Assembly (NCBI RefSeq): GCF_006345805.1
Contig: NC_043002.1
Coordinates: 111,848,001 to 111,912,000, forward strand
Reading direction: 5' to 3'
DNA from: Octopus sinensis
Lineage: Eukaryota
Length of the DNA stretch: 64,000 nucleotides
Shown: piece after piece, positions 24,312 to 35,149 of the stretch
Layout of the letters: each line of letters starts with the position of its first letter
Numbering within the stretch: the first letter of the stretch is position 1
Made by a program: the position numbers and the translations under genes
The notes under the pieces: generated by a model
Database searches by the model: none
What the model was told of the DNA's origin: nothing
What the model saw: the letters and a program-made list of their open reading frames with translations, nothing else

Positions 24312-25482
24312 GGCGGCGAGCTGGCAGAAACGTTAGCACGCCGGGCGAAATGCTTAGCGGTATTTCGTCTGTCTTTACGTTGTGAGTTCAAATTCCGCCG
24401 AGGTCGACTTTGCCTTTCATCCTTTCGGGGTCGATAAATTAAGTACCAGTTACGCACTGGAGTCGATGTAATCGACTTAATACCTATGTATGTCCTTGTT
24501 TGTCCCCTCTGTGTTTAGCCCCTTGTGGGTATTAAAGAAATAGGTATTTCGTCTGCCGTTACGTTCTGAGTTCAAATTCCGCCGAGGCCGACTTGGTTTT
24601 CATCCTTTCGGGGTCGATAAATTAAGTACCAGTTACGCACCGGAGTCGATGTAATCGACTTAATCCATTTGTCTGTCCTTGTTTGTCCCCTCTGTGTTTA
24701 GCTCCTTGTGGGTAGTAAAGAAATAGGTATTTCGTTTGTCTTTACGTTCTGAGTTCAAATTCCAACGAAGTCGACTTTGCCTTTCATCCTTTTGGGATCG
24801 ATAAATTAAGTACCAGTTGCTCACTGGGTTCGATCTAATCGACTGGGCCCCCTCCCCCAAAAGTTTCTGGCCTTGTGCCTAGAGTAGAAAAGTCTATTGA
24901 CATATCTTTAAAGCGGTGAGCTAGTAGAATCGTTAGCACGCCGGGCGAAATGCGTAGCCGTATTTCGTCTGCCGTTACGTTGTGAGTTCAAATTCCGCCG
25001 AGGTCGACTTTGCCTTTCATCCTTTCGGAGTCGATTAAATAAGTACCAGTTACGCACTGGGGTCGATGTAATCGACTTAATCCTTGTGTCTGTCCTTGTT
25101 TGTCCCCTCTGTTTTTAGCCCCTTGTGGGTAGTAAAGAAATAGGTATTTCGCCTGTCTTTACGTTCTGAGTTCAAATTCCGCCGAGGTCGACTTTGCCTT
25201 CATCCTTTCGGGGTCGATTAAATAAGTACCAGTTACGCACTGGGGTCGATATAATCGACTTAATCCTTGTGTCTGTTCTTGTTTGTCCTCTCTGTGGATA
25301 GTAAAGAAATGGGTATTTCGTTTGTCTTTACGTTCTGAATTCAAATTCCGCCGAGGTCGACTTTGCCTTCCATCCTTCCGGGGTTGATAAATTAAGTACT
25401 AGTTGCGTACTTACTGGAGTCGATCTAATTGACTGGCCCCCTCCCCAAAGTTTCTGGCCTTGTGTCTAGAGTAGAAAAGAAT
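24312..25482 (+). mobile_element. Head-to-tail cluster of six SINE C units (two triplets)
   Basis: Units restart at GGTATTTCG at about 24543, 24726, 25143 and 25312; full heads at 24312 and 24913; tail ii at about 24892 and 25482. Confidence 0.9.
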
Positions 25483-25998
25483 ATTAGATCAGATTCTTGA
25501 CTGGCACCTCGTCCGCGTTTTTCCTGCAGACATTGAGCTGTAAACATTCAACATGGATATCTGATGCATTAATCGTGCAAGAGAATCTGAAATGTCATTG
25601 ACACTGACCCACCACTTTCATTATATTGTATCTTATAAATCTAAATGCAAATAAGATTTGAAAGATTGCTGTGTGGAAGAGAGTGAGTAATGAACAAAAT
25701 CTGCGGCTCATGTTCAATTGTGATTATCTTTTTTAAGTCTAATTTTCTTGAGAAAATTAGATTAACGTTACAAATCCAATCCGCTGTGAATGTATCTAGT
25801 CACAAAGATTAAAGATTAAAGAACTAGCCCCATTCACTGAGCTACAATGTGAAATAAATAAATGAATATTTAATCATGAAGGTTGTTACATACTGCTACA
25901 TATAACTATAAAACAATTGTTACGTTACTGAGTCATTACATTTATCAAACACAGTTTGATATAAGACACGGCCATAAAATCGCTATTACGTTACAGGA

Positions 25999-26330
25999 GT
26001 GGAGGCGCAATGGCCCAGTGGTTAGGGCAGCGGACTCGCGGTCATAGGATCGCGGTTTCGATTCCCAGACCGGGCGTTGTGAGTGTCTATTGAGCGAAAA
26101 CACCTAAAGCTCCACGAGGCTCCGGCAAGGATAGTGGTGATCCCTGCTGTACTCTTTCACCACAACTTTCTCTCGCTCTTTCTTCCTGTTTCTGTTGTAC
26201 CTGTATTTCAAGGGGCCGGCCTTGTCACTCTCTGTGTCACGCTGAATATCCCCGAGAACTACGTTAAGGTGCACGTGTCTGTGGAGTGCTCAGTCACTTA
26301 CACGTTAATTTCACGAGCGGAGTGCTTCCA
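25999..26330 (+). mobile_element. SINE family A (3' deletion)
   Basis: TSD ATTACGTTACAGG. Confidence 0.9.
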
Positions 26331-26424
26331 CACACACCACATTACGTTACAGGGCTATTGTATGTACTAAACATCTTATACACGGAGAAAAGTATAAATA
26401 CAATTATCGTGTTTGTGTGTGTGT

Positions 26425-26760
26425 GAAGAGGTATGGCTTAATGATTAGAGTGTCGGGTTCACAATCATCAAGTAGTGAGTTCGATTCCCGGACAGGGATT
26501 TGTTGTGTTCTTGAGCAAGAAACTTTATTCACGTTGCTCCAGTTAACTCAGCTGTAGAAATGAGTTGCGACATCACTGGTACCAAGCTGTATCAGCCCCT
26601 TTGCCTTTCCCCTGAATAACATCGGTGGTGTGGAGAGGGGAGGCTGGTATGCATAGGTAACTTCTGGCCTCCCATAAACAACCTTACTCGGACTTGTACC
26701 TCGGAGGGTAACTTTCTAAGTGCAATCCCATGGTCAATCATGCCCGAAAGGGGTTTTATT
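26425..26760 (+). mobile_element. tRNA-derived SINE, family H
   Basis: Box A TGGCTTAATGA, box B GAGTTCGATTCC, then TTGTGTTCTTGAGCAAGAAACTT resembling conserved central SINE domains. Confidence 0.65.
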
Positions 26761-27734
26761 AATGTGTGTGTGTGTTTGTGTGTGTGTGTCTGTGTATGTC
26801 TGTGTGTATGCGTGCGTGTGTGTGAGTTTGTACGAATGCATACAACTGACACAAAGTTACTGCGGTGATGATGATGGCACTTTGCGCTCTGTGTTAAATT
26901 TCCGCTGAGGTCTGCTTTACGTTTTATAACTCTGGGGTCGATCAAATGACTCTAGTATTGGGGGCGAGGTAATTAAAATTGCTGGCCTTGCGCCTAAAAC
27001 AATTACTATAAGAAGTTCCATCTGTAAGTAATCATTATATAAAAAGGCTTTTAAAACATAACATTTAACAGATTAGAGAGCTCTTCAATTTACGATTCTT
27101 CTGTCTCTATTTTACACAATATGTTTGCTATTCTTGAATTACCATATATTCTAAATACGTAATAATATATTCTACGCAATATATTCAAAATTTTTGCATT
27201 GCGATTCCAGAAACTATTCAAAAGGAATGAGTTACTGAGGAAGTCTCAACATGGTTCCTCGATCAACTGGGAATACAACCAAATTGCATCTAAAATTACG
27301 CTCTACCCTCTTGAAATAGTAGACCTAAATATACAATTGCTCGACAAAAGATGGCATGATCACGGTTGGAATACCTTTGACCATAGGACTGTCAGTTTTG
27401 ACATGCATCTAAACAACAACTTAAACAGGTAGATTAAATTGCAAATCGTACTGTAAGACCGAATGAGTCACGTTCGCGTTCCTGTTTCGGTTCTCAATTG
27501 AACTTACTTAACTTCACGTACGCTCTCAACCCCCTTGAGAAAAAATGTGAACGCTCCACAATCTCATTCTTCTCTATAAATTTATGGTCTTCCGGGGAAT
27601 TAATCTAGATATCACTCTGTAAATCATTTTAACAAGTTTACACTAGTAAAACAAATTCAAGGTCAAATAATTTGTTAGCGTATCGACTTGGTTGTAAGGT
27701 TCTTATCAATTCATATCCTACCACAAAAGCAGTA

Positions 27735-28120
27735 TGGAAGCACTCCGTCGGTTACGACGACGAGGGTTCCGGTTGATCCGAATCAACGGAACAGCCTGCT
27801 CGTGAAATTAACGTGTAAGTGGCTGAGCACTCCACAGACACGTGTACCCTTAACGTAGTTCTCGGGGATATTCAGCGTGACACAGAGAGTGACAAGGCCG
27901 GCCCTTTGAAATACAGGTACAACAGAAACAGGAAGTAAGAGTGAGAGAAAGTTGTGGTGAAAGAGTACAGCAGGGATCACCACCATCCCCTGCCGGAGCC
28001 TCGTGGAGCTTTTATGTGTTTTCGCTCAATAAACACTCACAACGCCCGGTCTGAGAATCGAAACCGCGATCCTATGACCGCGAGTCCGCTGCCCTAACCA
28101 CTGGGCCATTGCGCCTCCAC
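27735..28120 (-). mobile_element. SINE family A
   Basis: TSD CACAAAAGCAGTA at 27722-27734 and 28122-28134. Confidence 0.92.
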
Positions 28121-28386
28121 TCACAAAAGCAGTATTGTGTTCCTGACAACTAAAAGTTCAGTTCCCTTTATATTGCTCGGAGAATAACAGGAAGGATCCA
28201 GGATATGGTGTAAGTTTACATAACTTTTATGATATTTTAGTGAGTGACCACCATGTGTTACTGACAGAATTGGAATGCTTATACTTTTTTTTTCTTTTTT
28301 TTGTAAAGTGCAGTTTCTTTTGTTAGAAATGTGCATTTGCTGGTAACACCCAATCCAGTAGGGATAGCCTCAGGATTTATGAATTA

Positions 28387-28766
28387 CTAGCAGTATCGCC
28401 CGGCGTTGCTCGGAAATAGCTATTTAGAGAGTTATGGCCAAAATATAGCAAAAAAATGTATTAAAAATGGAAAAGAAATTATGGTAATTTTTTTTTTAAA
28501 TCGTTGACTCATCGTAGACATTTTTAGAGAGTTACTTCCCTTATATAATAGGGAAAAAATGCATTAAAAGGGAAAAAAATTATGGTAATTTTTTTTTTAA
28601 TCGTAGACTCATCGTAGACGCGCGCTAATACCCAGAAGGGCTCGATATGAATCACGACTATAAGATACCCGGTTTTGGTTAAACTGCACCGCAAAAATGT
28701 GGGAGTAGTTAGGAATCTAAATCGTAGGAGACAGACAGCACACAACCTTACTTTTATATATAAAGA
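28387..28766 (-). mobile_element. Non-autonomous Helitron D (internal tandem duplication variant)
   Basis: TC/CTAG ends; duplicated TTTAGAGAGTTA...GACTCATCGTAGAC block. Confidence 0.9.
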
Positions 28767-29065
28767 TGATGCGTAGCTATGTGCTGGGATTGCAAATTTT
28801 GCATAAACCCATGAGCAGTTAAAAAGTGGAGTTGTCTTAGACACGCATTCCTACAGCTTATCTCTTTAATTGAGATACACCCCAGGGTCAAAAATGTTTT
28901 TTTTATAAGCACAGTTGTCAATTAGTTTGAGCAACACCGCCATAAATATTGAAATACTATTGAGAGTTGATTGCAGCACGAAGGTCAAGTCTTTTGAGAT
29001 AGTCTGAGTATACATAAATAAAGATTAAAAAATTGCTTTCCTTTGGATGATTTCCACGACGAGAA

Positions 29066-29215
29066 TACTCTTTTACTCGTTTACTTGTTTCAGTCATTTG
29101 ACTGCGGCCAGTACTTATTCTATCAGTCTCTTTTGCCGAACCGCTAATGACGGGGACGTAAACACACCAGCATCGGTTGTCAAGCAATGCTAGGGGGACA
29201 AACACAGACACACAA

Positions 29216-29254
<39 letters not shown>

Positions 29255-29416
29255 ACAGGCTTCTTTCAGTTTCCGTCTACCAAATCCACTCACAAGACAT
29301 TGGTCGGCCCGGGGCTATAGCAGAAGACACTTGCCCAAGATGCTACGCAGTGGGACTGAACCCGGAACCATGTGGTTGTTTAGCAAGCTACTTACCACAC
29401 AGCCACTCCTGCGCCT
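29066..29416 (-). mobile_element. SINE family B
   Basis: Head, body and tail, with a deletion in the 3' part. Confidence 0.88.
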
Positions 29417-29647
29417 AGAATGCTGATAATTTCAAAAAGTTCTTGACTTGATAGCGCTAGTAGGGGTGGGGTATCAAACAAGCTCCACGGAAACGGCTGT
29501 GTTCTCTGCTGGGCGTATTCAAAAGGCAAGGACAGCTATAAAGCCACCGTCAACACACTTGTTCATTACTTATGGATTGCTGAGGTGTCGCTGTCATCTC
29601 AATCTATTATAAAGATCGCCTCCCTGCATAAGTTTGAGGCAGTTCTA

Positions 29648-30535
29648 CACAGGACGATGTTACTACCGTTTAGCCCCAAGAAAACATGTTTTCCAGCCGG
29701 CTACCGACACATACTTTGTGTCCGTACAGCATGAGCAAGGGAGGTTGCTGCTCCTATCTTTAGCCTTCGTGATACTCAAAGACCTAGGTTTCTGAGTTGT
29801 TTCCCGCCTTCGACGTGAAACAATCACAGGCTAGAGATCAGGGTTTATTTGACTTGCTCATACTATGTACTTATTAAAGCGACACACAGTCGCTGATCTC
29901 GTTAAGAGAAAAACAACTAGCTTTAAATCTCTGGACGAGAAATATGCAGTAACAGTACCGAACAGTAAAGTTTATTTGCCAACAGAATGTGGCTGTCTTA
30001 CACAGGACGATGTTACATCTTTTCCAGCTGGCTACCGACATACATTGTGCGTCCGTATAGCATGAGCAAGGAAAGTTATTACTCCCATCTCTACAAGCAA
30101 CAGACATAGACTGTGTAGCCAACAAGAAAAGATGTTTTCCTGGGCTAAACAGTAATAACATCGTCCTGTGTGGGATCTCCACATTCTGTTGGCATATAAG
30201 CTTTACTGTTCGGTACTGTTACTGCATATCTCTCGCTCAGAGATTTAGAACTAGTTGTTTTTTCCTTTACAAGACCAGCGACTGTGTGTCGCTTTAAAAA
30301 GAATATTATATAAGCAAGTCGAATAAGCCTTGATCACTAGCCTGTGATTACCTCACACCAAAGGCGGGAGACAACCCACTCTGTGAGTATCACGAAGGCT
30401 AGAGATGGGAGTGATAACCTCCCTTGCTCATGCTATACGGACACAAACTGTGTGTCGGTAGCCACCTGGGTTAAACAGTAGTAACATCGTCCTGTGTAGG
30501 ACTTCCACATTCTGTTGGCAAATAAACTTTACTAC
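29648..30535. repeat. About 350-bp unit in tandem and inverted arrangement
   Basis: CACAGGACGATGTTA at 29648 and 30001 on +; the reverse complement ends at about 30170 and 30496. Confidence 0.9.
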
Positions 30536-30754
30536 ACACACACACACATACACACACACATATATGCGCTTGTGTGTGTATATATGTGTGTGGTGTGTAT
30601 CACATGGTATATGCAACGATTCATTGTCCTAAGCAAACCAATACACATATGTATGCATATCTATCTATGTATCTGATTTGTAGACATACATGCACACGCA
30701 CACATGCACACACACGCACTCACACACACACGCACATACACACATACTTATATA

Positions 30755-31156
30755 TCTTTATATATAAAAGAGAGGTTGTGTGTCTGTCTGTCTCCTACGA
30801 TTTAGATTCCTAACTACTCCCACATTTTGCGGTGCAGTTTAACCAAAACCGGGTATCTTATAGTCGTGATTCATATCGAGCCCTTCTGGGTATTAGCGCG
30901 CGTCTACGATGAGTCTACGATTTAAAAAAAAATTACCATCATTTTTTTTCCATTTTAATGCATTTTTTCGCTATTATATAAGGGAAGTAACTCTCTAAAA
31001 ATGTCTACGATGAGTCAACGATTTAAAAAAAAATTTACCATCATTTTTTTTCCATTTTTCATACATTTTTTTGCTATACTTTGGCTATAACTCTCTAAAA
31101 ATGCTTATATAGTTATTTCCCTTACAAATCCGAGCAACGCCGGGCGATACTGCTAG
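30755..31156 (+). mobile_element. Non-autonomous Helitron D
   Basis: A|TC...CTAG|T with subterminal hairpin. Confidence 0.92.
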
Positions 31157-31739
31157 TTCCATTTAAAGTAACGAAGGCAATCCAGAAGGCTTCTTGTTTG
31201 GTCATGTCAGTTGCCAGCTACTAATACTAAGCGTACGAGGTCGCCAGTCATTGAACGAGTGTAAGTGTTGGCGTTTCGCCAGTAACAGACTATAACCTTG
31301 AAACAAGCACTAGCGCTTTTGGTGTCAAATTGAAAAAAAATTTTTTTTTTTTTAAACATGCCTGTGTAGACTACTAAATAAATGCAGACTGATTGTGAGG
31401 TTGGTGGTTCTACTATTAGCGGTACTTTTTTCTGTGTATAGAGTAAAAAGAAGCAAAACTCATTAATTTCGTTATGCTGTGTAGCTTTAGATATAACGAA
31501 GACATTAACTTTGAAGGAAAATAATCATTCAACGGTACATTGCGAACTGCACTGGTTTCGTTTAAGTGAAAAATGAAACTTAATATTTCATTTTAAATCC
31601 ACAGCAACGAAATCGCCAAATAGCTTGGTGTGACGAAAGACGCAGACATTTTCAGATTTAACGATAATATGATACCAATATATTTCCCAAACTATCCTCC
31701 TGTCATCATCATCATCATCATCATCATCATAACCATCAT

Positions 31740-32109
31740 GAAACATTTGCCATCTGGACGAGAGAAATGTACTGAGTGTCTGTCTCAGTGCTTTAAAACA
31801 GGTTGACTGACTACCGTTTGATACCACCATGACTGATATCCAATCTAGAGTGGAGAAGGCTTAGCCACTGGATTTGGTTAAAAAGAGACGATGAGCGATG
31901 GCTAGAAGTATATTGAGTTCTTCATAACCAGCTGATCTAGCAAGCGGGGCCTCATATCAGTGAGGGGGGCCGGTGCGCATTGATGCCGTCGAGAGGTAGG
32001 CACCGAAACGGCGCGCATTCTCTCCTGATGACCCCATACACTTGCTAGCTTCCGGTATACGGAGCTTTTAACTTGTAGCACTTGCATGTGCAAGTTGTTT
32101 GCAAGACAT
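31740..32109 (+). repeat. Repeat F: possible LINE ORF 3' end plus structured 3' region
   Basis: 32003-32109 matches 20672-20999 once the SINE C is removed. The upstream frame ICHLDERNVL...LDLVKKRR weakly resembles LINE C-termini. Confidence 0.45.
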
Positions 32110-32266
32110 CTACTGCGTAAGACGGTTTACATATAAACGTCTATACATAGCTTCATTTCAATGTCATTGGCCATAACACGTGATTACATGATGGTGTTAT
32201 TATTGCTGATATTGTTGTTGTGGCCATTGTAAGCAAATTCATGGAATGTATGCAAGTGGAATATAT

Positions 32267-32974
32267 TCTTTATATATAAAAGTAAGGTTGTGTGCTGTCT
32301 GTCTCCTACGATTTAGATTCCTAACTACTCCCACATTTTGCAGTGCAGTGTAACAAAATCCGGGTATCTTATAGTCGTGATTTATATCGAGCCCTTCTGG
32401 GTATTAGCGCGCGTCTACGATGAGTTTACGATTTTAAAAAGAATTTACCATCAATTTTTCCTATTTTAATGCATTTTTAGCATATATAAGGGAAGTAACT
32501 CTCTAAAAATTTATTATTAAATCTCAGAACGTAAAAAGCTACAGTAACACCCCACCCCCTTTGTGGTTAGCCATATTGAGATGGCTATTATACTTTACAT
32601 CTCTAAAAATGCTTATATAGTTATTTCCCTTACAAACCCGAGCAACGCCGGGCGATACTGCTAGTTAATCAATAAAAGAGCTGAATAAATTTAATCCTTA
32701 CATCAATATTTCCACCTCCTCACCGCTTTTAATGTATCCCCTTCGAGTGCAGTCAATGTGACAACTCTTTCTATCTTCCTTACTATCAGGCGGAGACGTA
32801 AAGTAGAAAACGTTACATTCTGTACTCCTCACAATTAGATTTATTGAATTTTTCTATGAGAAGAGAAAGAAGCACTCCGCCATATTGAGATGACTATTAT
32901 ACTTTACATCTCTAAAAATGCTTATATAGTTTATTTCCCTTACAAACCCGAGCAACGCCGGGCGATACTGCTAG
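32267..32974 (+). mobile_element. Helitron D (32267-32664) + copied flank (32665-32879) + second Helitron 3' end (32879-32974)
   Basis: Two CTAG ends with hairpins; the middle segment is the reverse complement of 57291-57505. Confidence 0.9.
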
Positions 32975-33806
32975 TTGCTTCTAAATTGAAAGTTGTGTTA
33001 TCGCCTTTCTCCTTGATAAAAGCGGCTGAAAACACAAGTGACTTTGTTACAGATCAAAAACATCTTGTAAGGCGTTTTTTTACAAACTCAATGTTTTACG
33101 AAGCTCGTCAGCCATATATATGGAATGGTGGGTTGTGTCAGAACTGAAAATATTGTGATGTATGTATGTATGTATGTATGTATGTATGTATGTATGTATG
33201 TATGTATGCATGTTTGTATGTTATGTAGTTCAGGTCAGCTTTGACTGAACAGTCTGTGCGTCACGCAAGTAGATAAAAGTGCGACACTTTAAGCCTATTT
33301 GTATTTATCATTGGTGGCGCGTATCATGGAATGCTATATTGATTTAACAAGGTTATTTATGCTGAAAATCCTTGTGTACATATATATAAAGTTGTTCTAT
33401 ACTGAATAGGTAGTGATTGTATCTAATGATGTTGTAGAGGTTTCTAGACATTTTGTTGCGTATAGTGACTAAGATGTGATGGTCTGCGGTTGCTGCACTA
33501 ACAAAGAGTACAGGCGGTTTTTCATTTTTAGCATTTTTTACCTGTGGTGCAGGTAATATATGAGAGCTAATTTGTGTCCCGCAAGGGTCCAAGGTTTCGC
33601 AAAGGTCTAATGAATTGGTTGTATATCACTGTTGCTGCGTCTTCTGTCTGTTTCTCAGATGTGCTGCTTGGACGACGAATGTTAGTCAGTGATTTACGGT
33701 GCCTTCTAATTTACAGTGAGAATTTTTTTCCATTTTATTCCGTGGTGTGTTTCAGTTGATGTATCCAAGAGTGCAGCTGTGTAGAAGCTTAGTACAGTGT
33801 AATACA

Positions 33807-34036
33807 TATTTCTTTATTACCCACAAGGGGCTAAACACAGAGGGGACAAACAAGGACAGACATAGGTATTAAGTCGATTACATCGACCCCAGTGCGTAAC
33901 TGGTACTTAATTTATCGACCCCGAAAGGATGAAAGGCAAAGTCGACCTCGGCGGAATTTGAACTCACAACGTAACGCAGATGAAATACCGCTAAGCATTT
34001 CGCCCGGCGTGCTAACGTTTCTGCCAGCTCGCCGCC
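33807..34036 (-). mobile_element. SINE family C
   Basis: Full-length and close to consensus. Confidence 0.92.
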
Positions 34037-34269
34037 TTGTAATACAATGTCGTCGCGACTGTAGATGTTATGTTTCGTCCCGAGTCATTCCTGACCCAGC
34101 AGATCTAAAAACAAAAGAATTCCAGCCATGACATATCCATGTTATTTTCAGACATGTTGTATCTAAAAACTGCATTATCTAATGTGTCCGTTATCTGAGG
34201 TATAACCTGAGGCAGATTTGACAGTTTTTCTAGTATGCCATGCCACCACCCCCCATAAAGGATTCTTCT

Positions 34270-34480
34270 TTAACTCTCTCTTGTTGTCGTTGTTGTTGTT
34301 GTTGTTGTTATTTAACTCCATGTCATCCCTGACTAAGTAAACTCATGATCAAAGACACTTCGGCCCGCCTTTTATTTAGACACAGTGTATCTCGGTCTAC
34401 ACTAGTTAATGTGACCTTTTCAGAAAACACTCTAAGGGTGTAATCTGAGGAAATTTTGACTTATTTCCAACATCTTGAGC
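34270..34480 (-). repeat. Degenerate (AAC)n-tailed interspersed repeat (family I); related fragments near 17.4, 52.3, 54.8 and 59.3 kb
   Basis: Shared decayed motifs (ATGATCAAAG, GTGTGATTTGAGG) next to a (GTT)n tail. Confidence 0.4.
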
Positions 34481-34529
34481 GATCTTGAGCGATCTCATAC
34501 AGGCTTCTTTGTTGTCACGTCGGTATTGT

Positions 34530-34927
34530 TTTTGGTGGTGGTGGTGGTGGTGGTGGTGGTTGTTGTTGTTGTTGTGGTGGTGGTGGTGGTGGTGGTGTTG
34601 TTTTGTTGTTGGTGGTGGTGGTGGTGGTGGTGGTGGTGTTGTTGTTGTTGGTTGTTGTTGGTGGTGGTGGTGGTGGTGGTGGTGTTGTTGTGGTTGTTGT
34701 TGGTGGTGGTGGTGGTGTTGTTGTGTTGTTGGTGGTGGTGGTGGTGGTGGTGGTTGTTGTTTTGTTTGTTGGTGGTGGTGGTGTTGTTGTTGTTGGTGTT
34801 GTTGTTGTTGTTGTTGTTGGTGGTGGTGGTGTGTGGTGGTGGTGTTGTTGTTGTTGTTGTTGTTGGTGGTGGTGGTGTTGTTGTTGTTGTTGTTGTTGGT
34901 GATGGTGGTGGTGGTGGTGGCGGCGGA

Positions 34928-34958
<31 letters not shown>

Positions 34959-34960
34959 CA
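34530..34960. repeat. Mixed (GGT)/(GTT)/(GGC) trinucleotide tract
   Basis: Directly visible. Confidence 0.95.
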
Positions 34961-35149
34961 GTATGTTGTAAATGTACGATTTAAAGATAAGGAGAACAGC
35001 GTTACTTAATTATAATCATAACATTGTTTCTTTGTTTTCATGGAGCAGTTTACAGAAAATAATTGCATGCTGGCTGTACATATACAATAATACAGGGAAG
35101 AGGCAAAAGCGCAGCTCAACATGAAAAACAGATAATTTTTTAACAATAT

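Noticed and set aside
24312-25482. CRISPR-like array
   Set aside because: Units are about 180-bp SINE modules with no short repeat/unique spacer pattern; the context is eukaryotic and has no cas genes.
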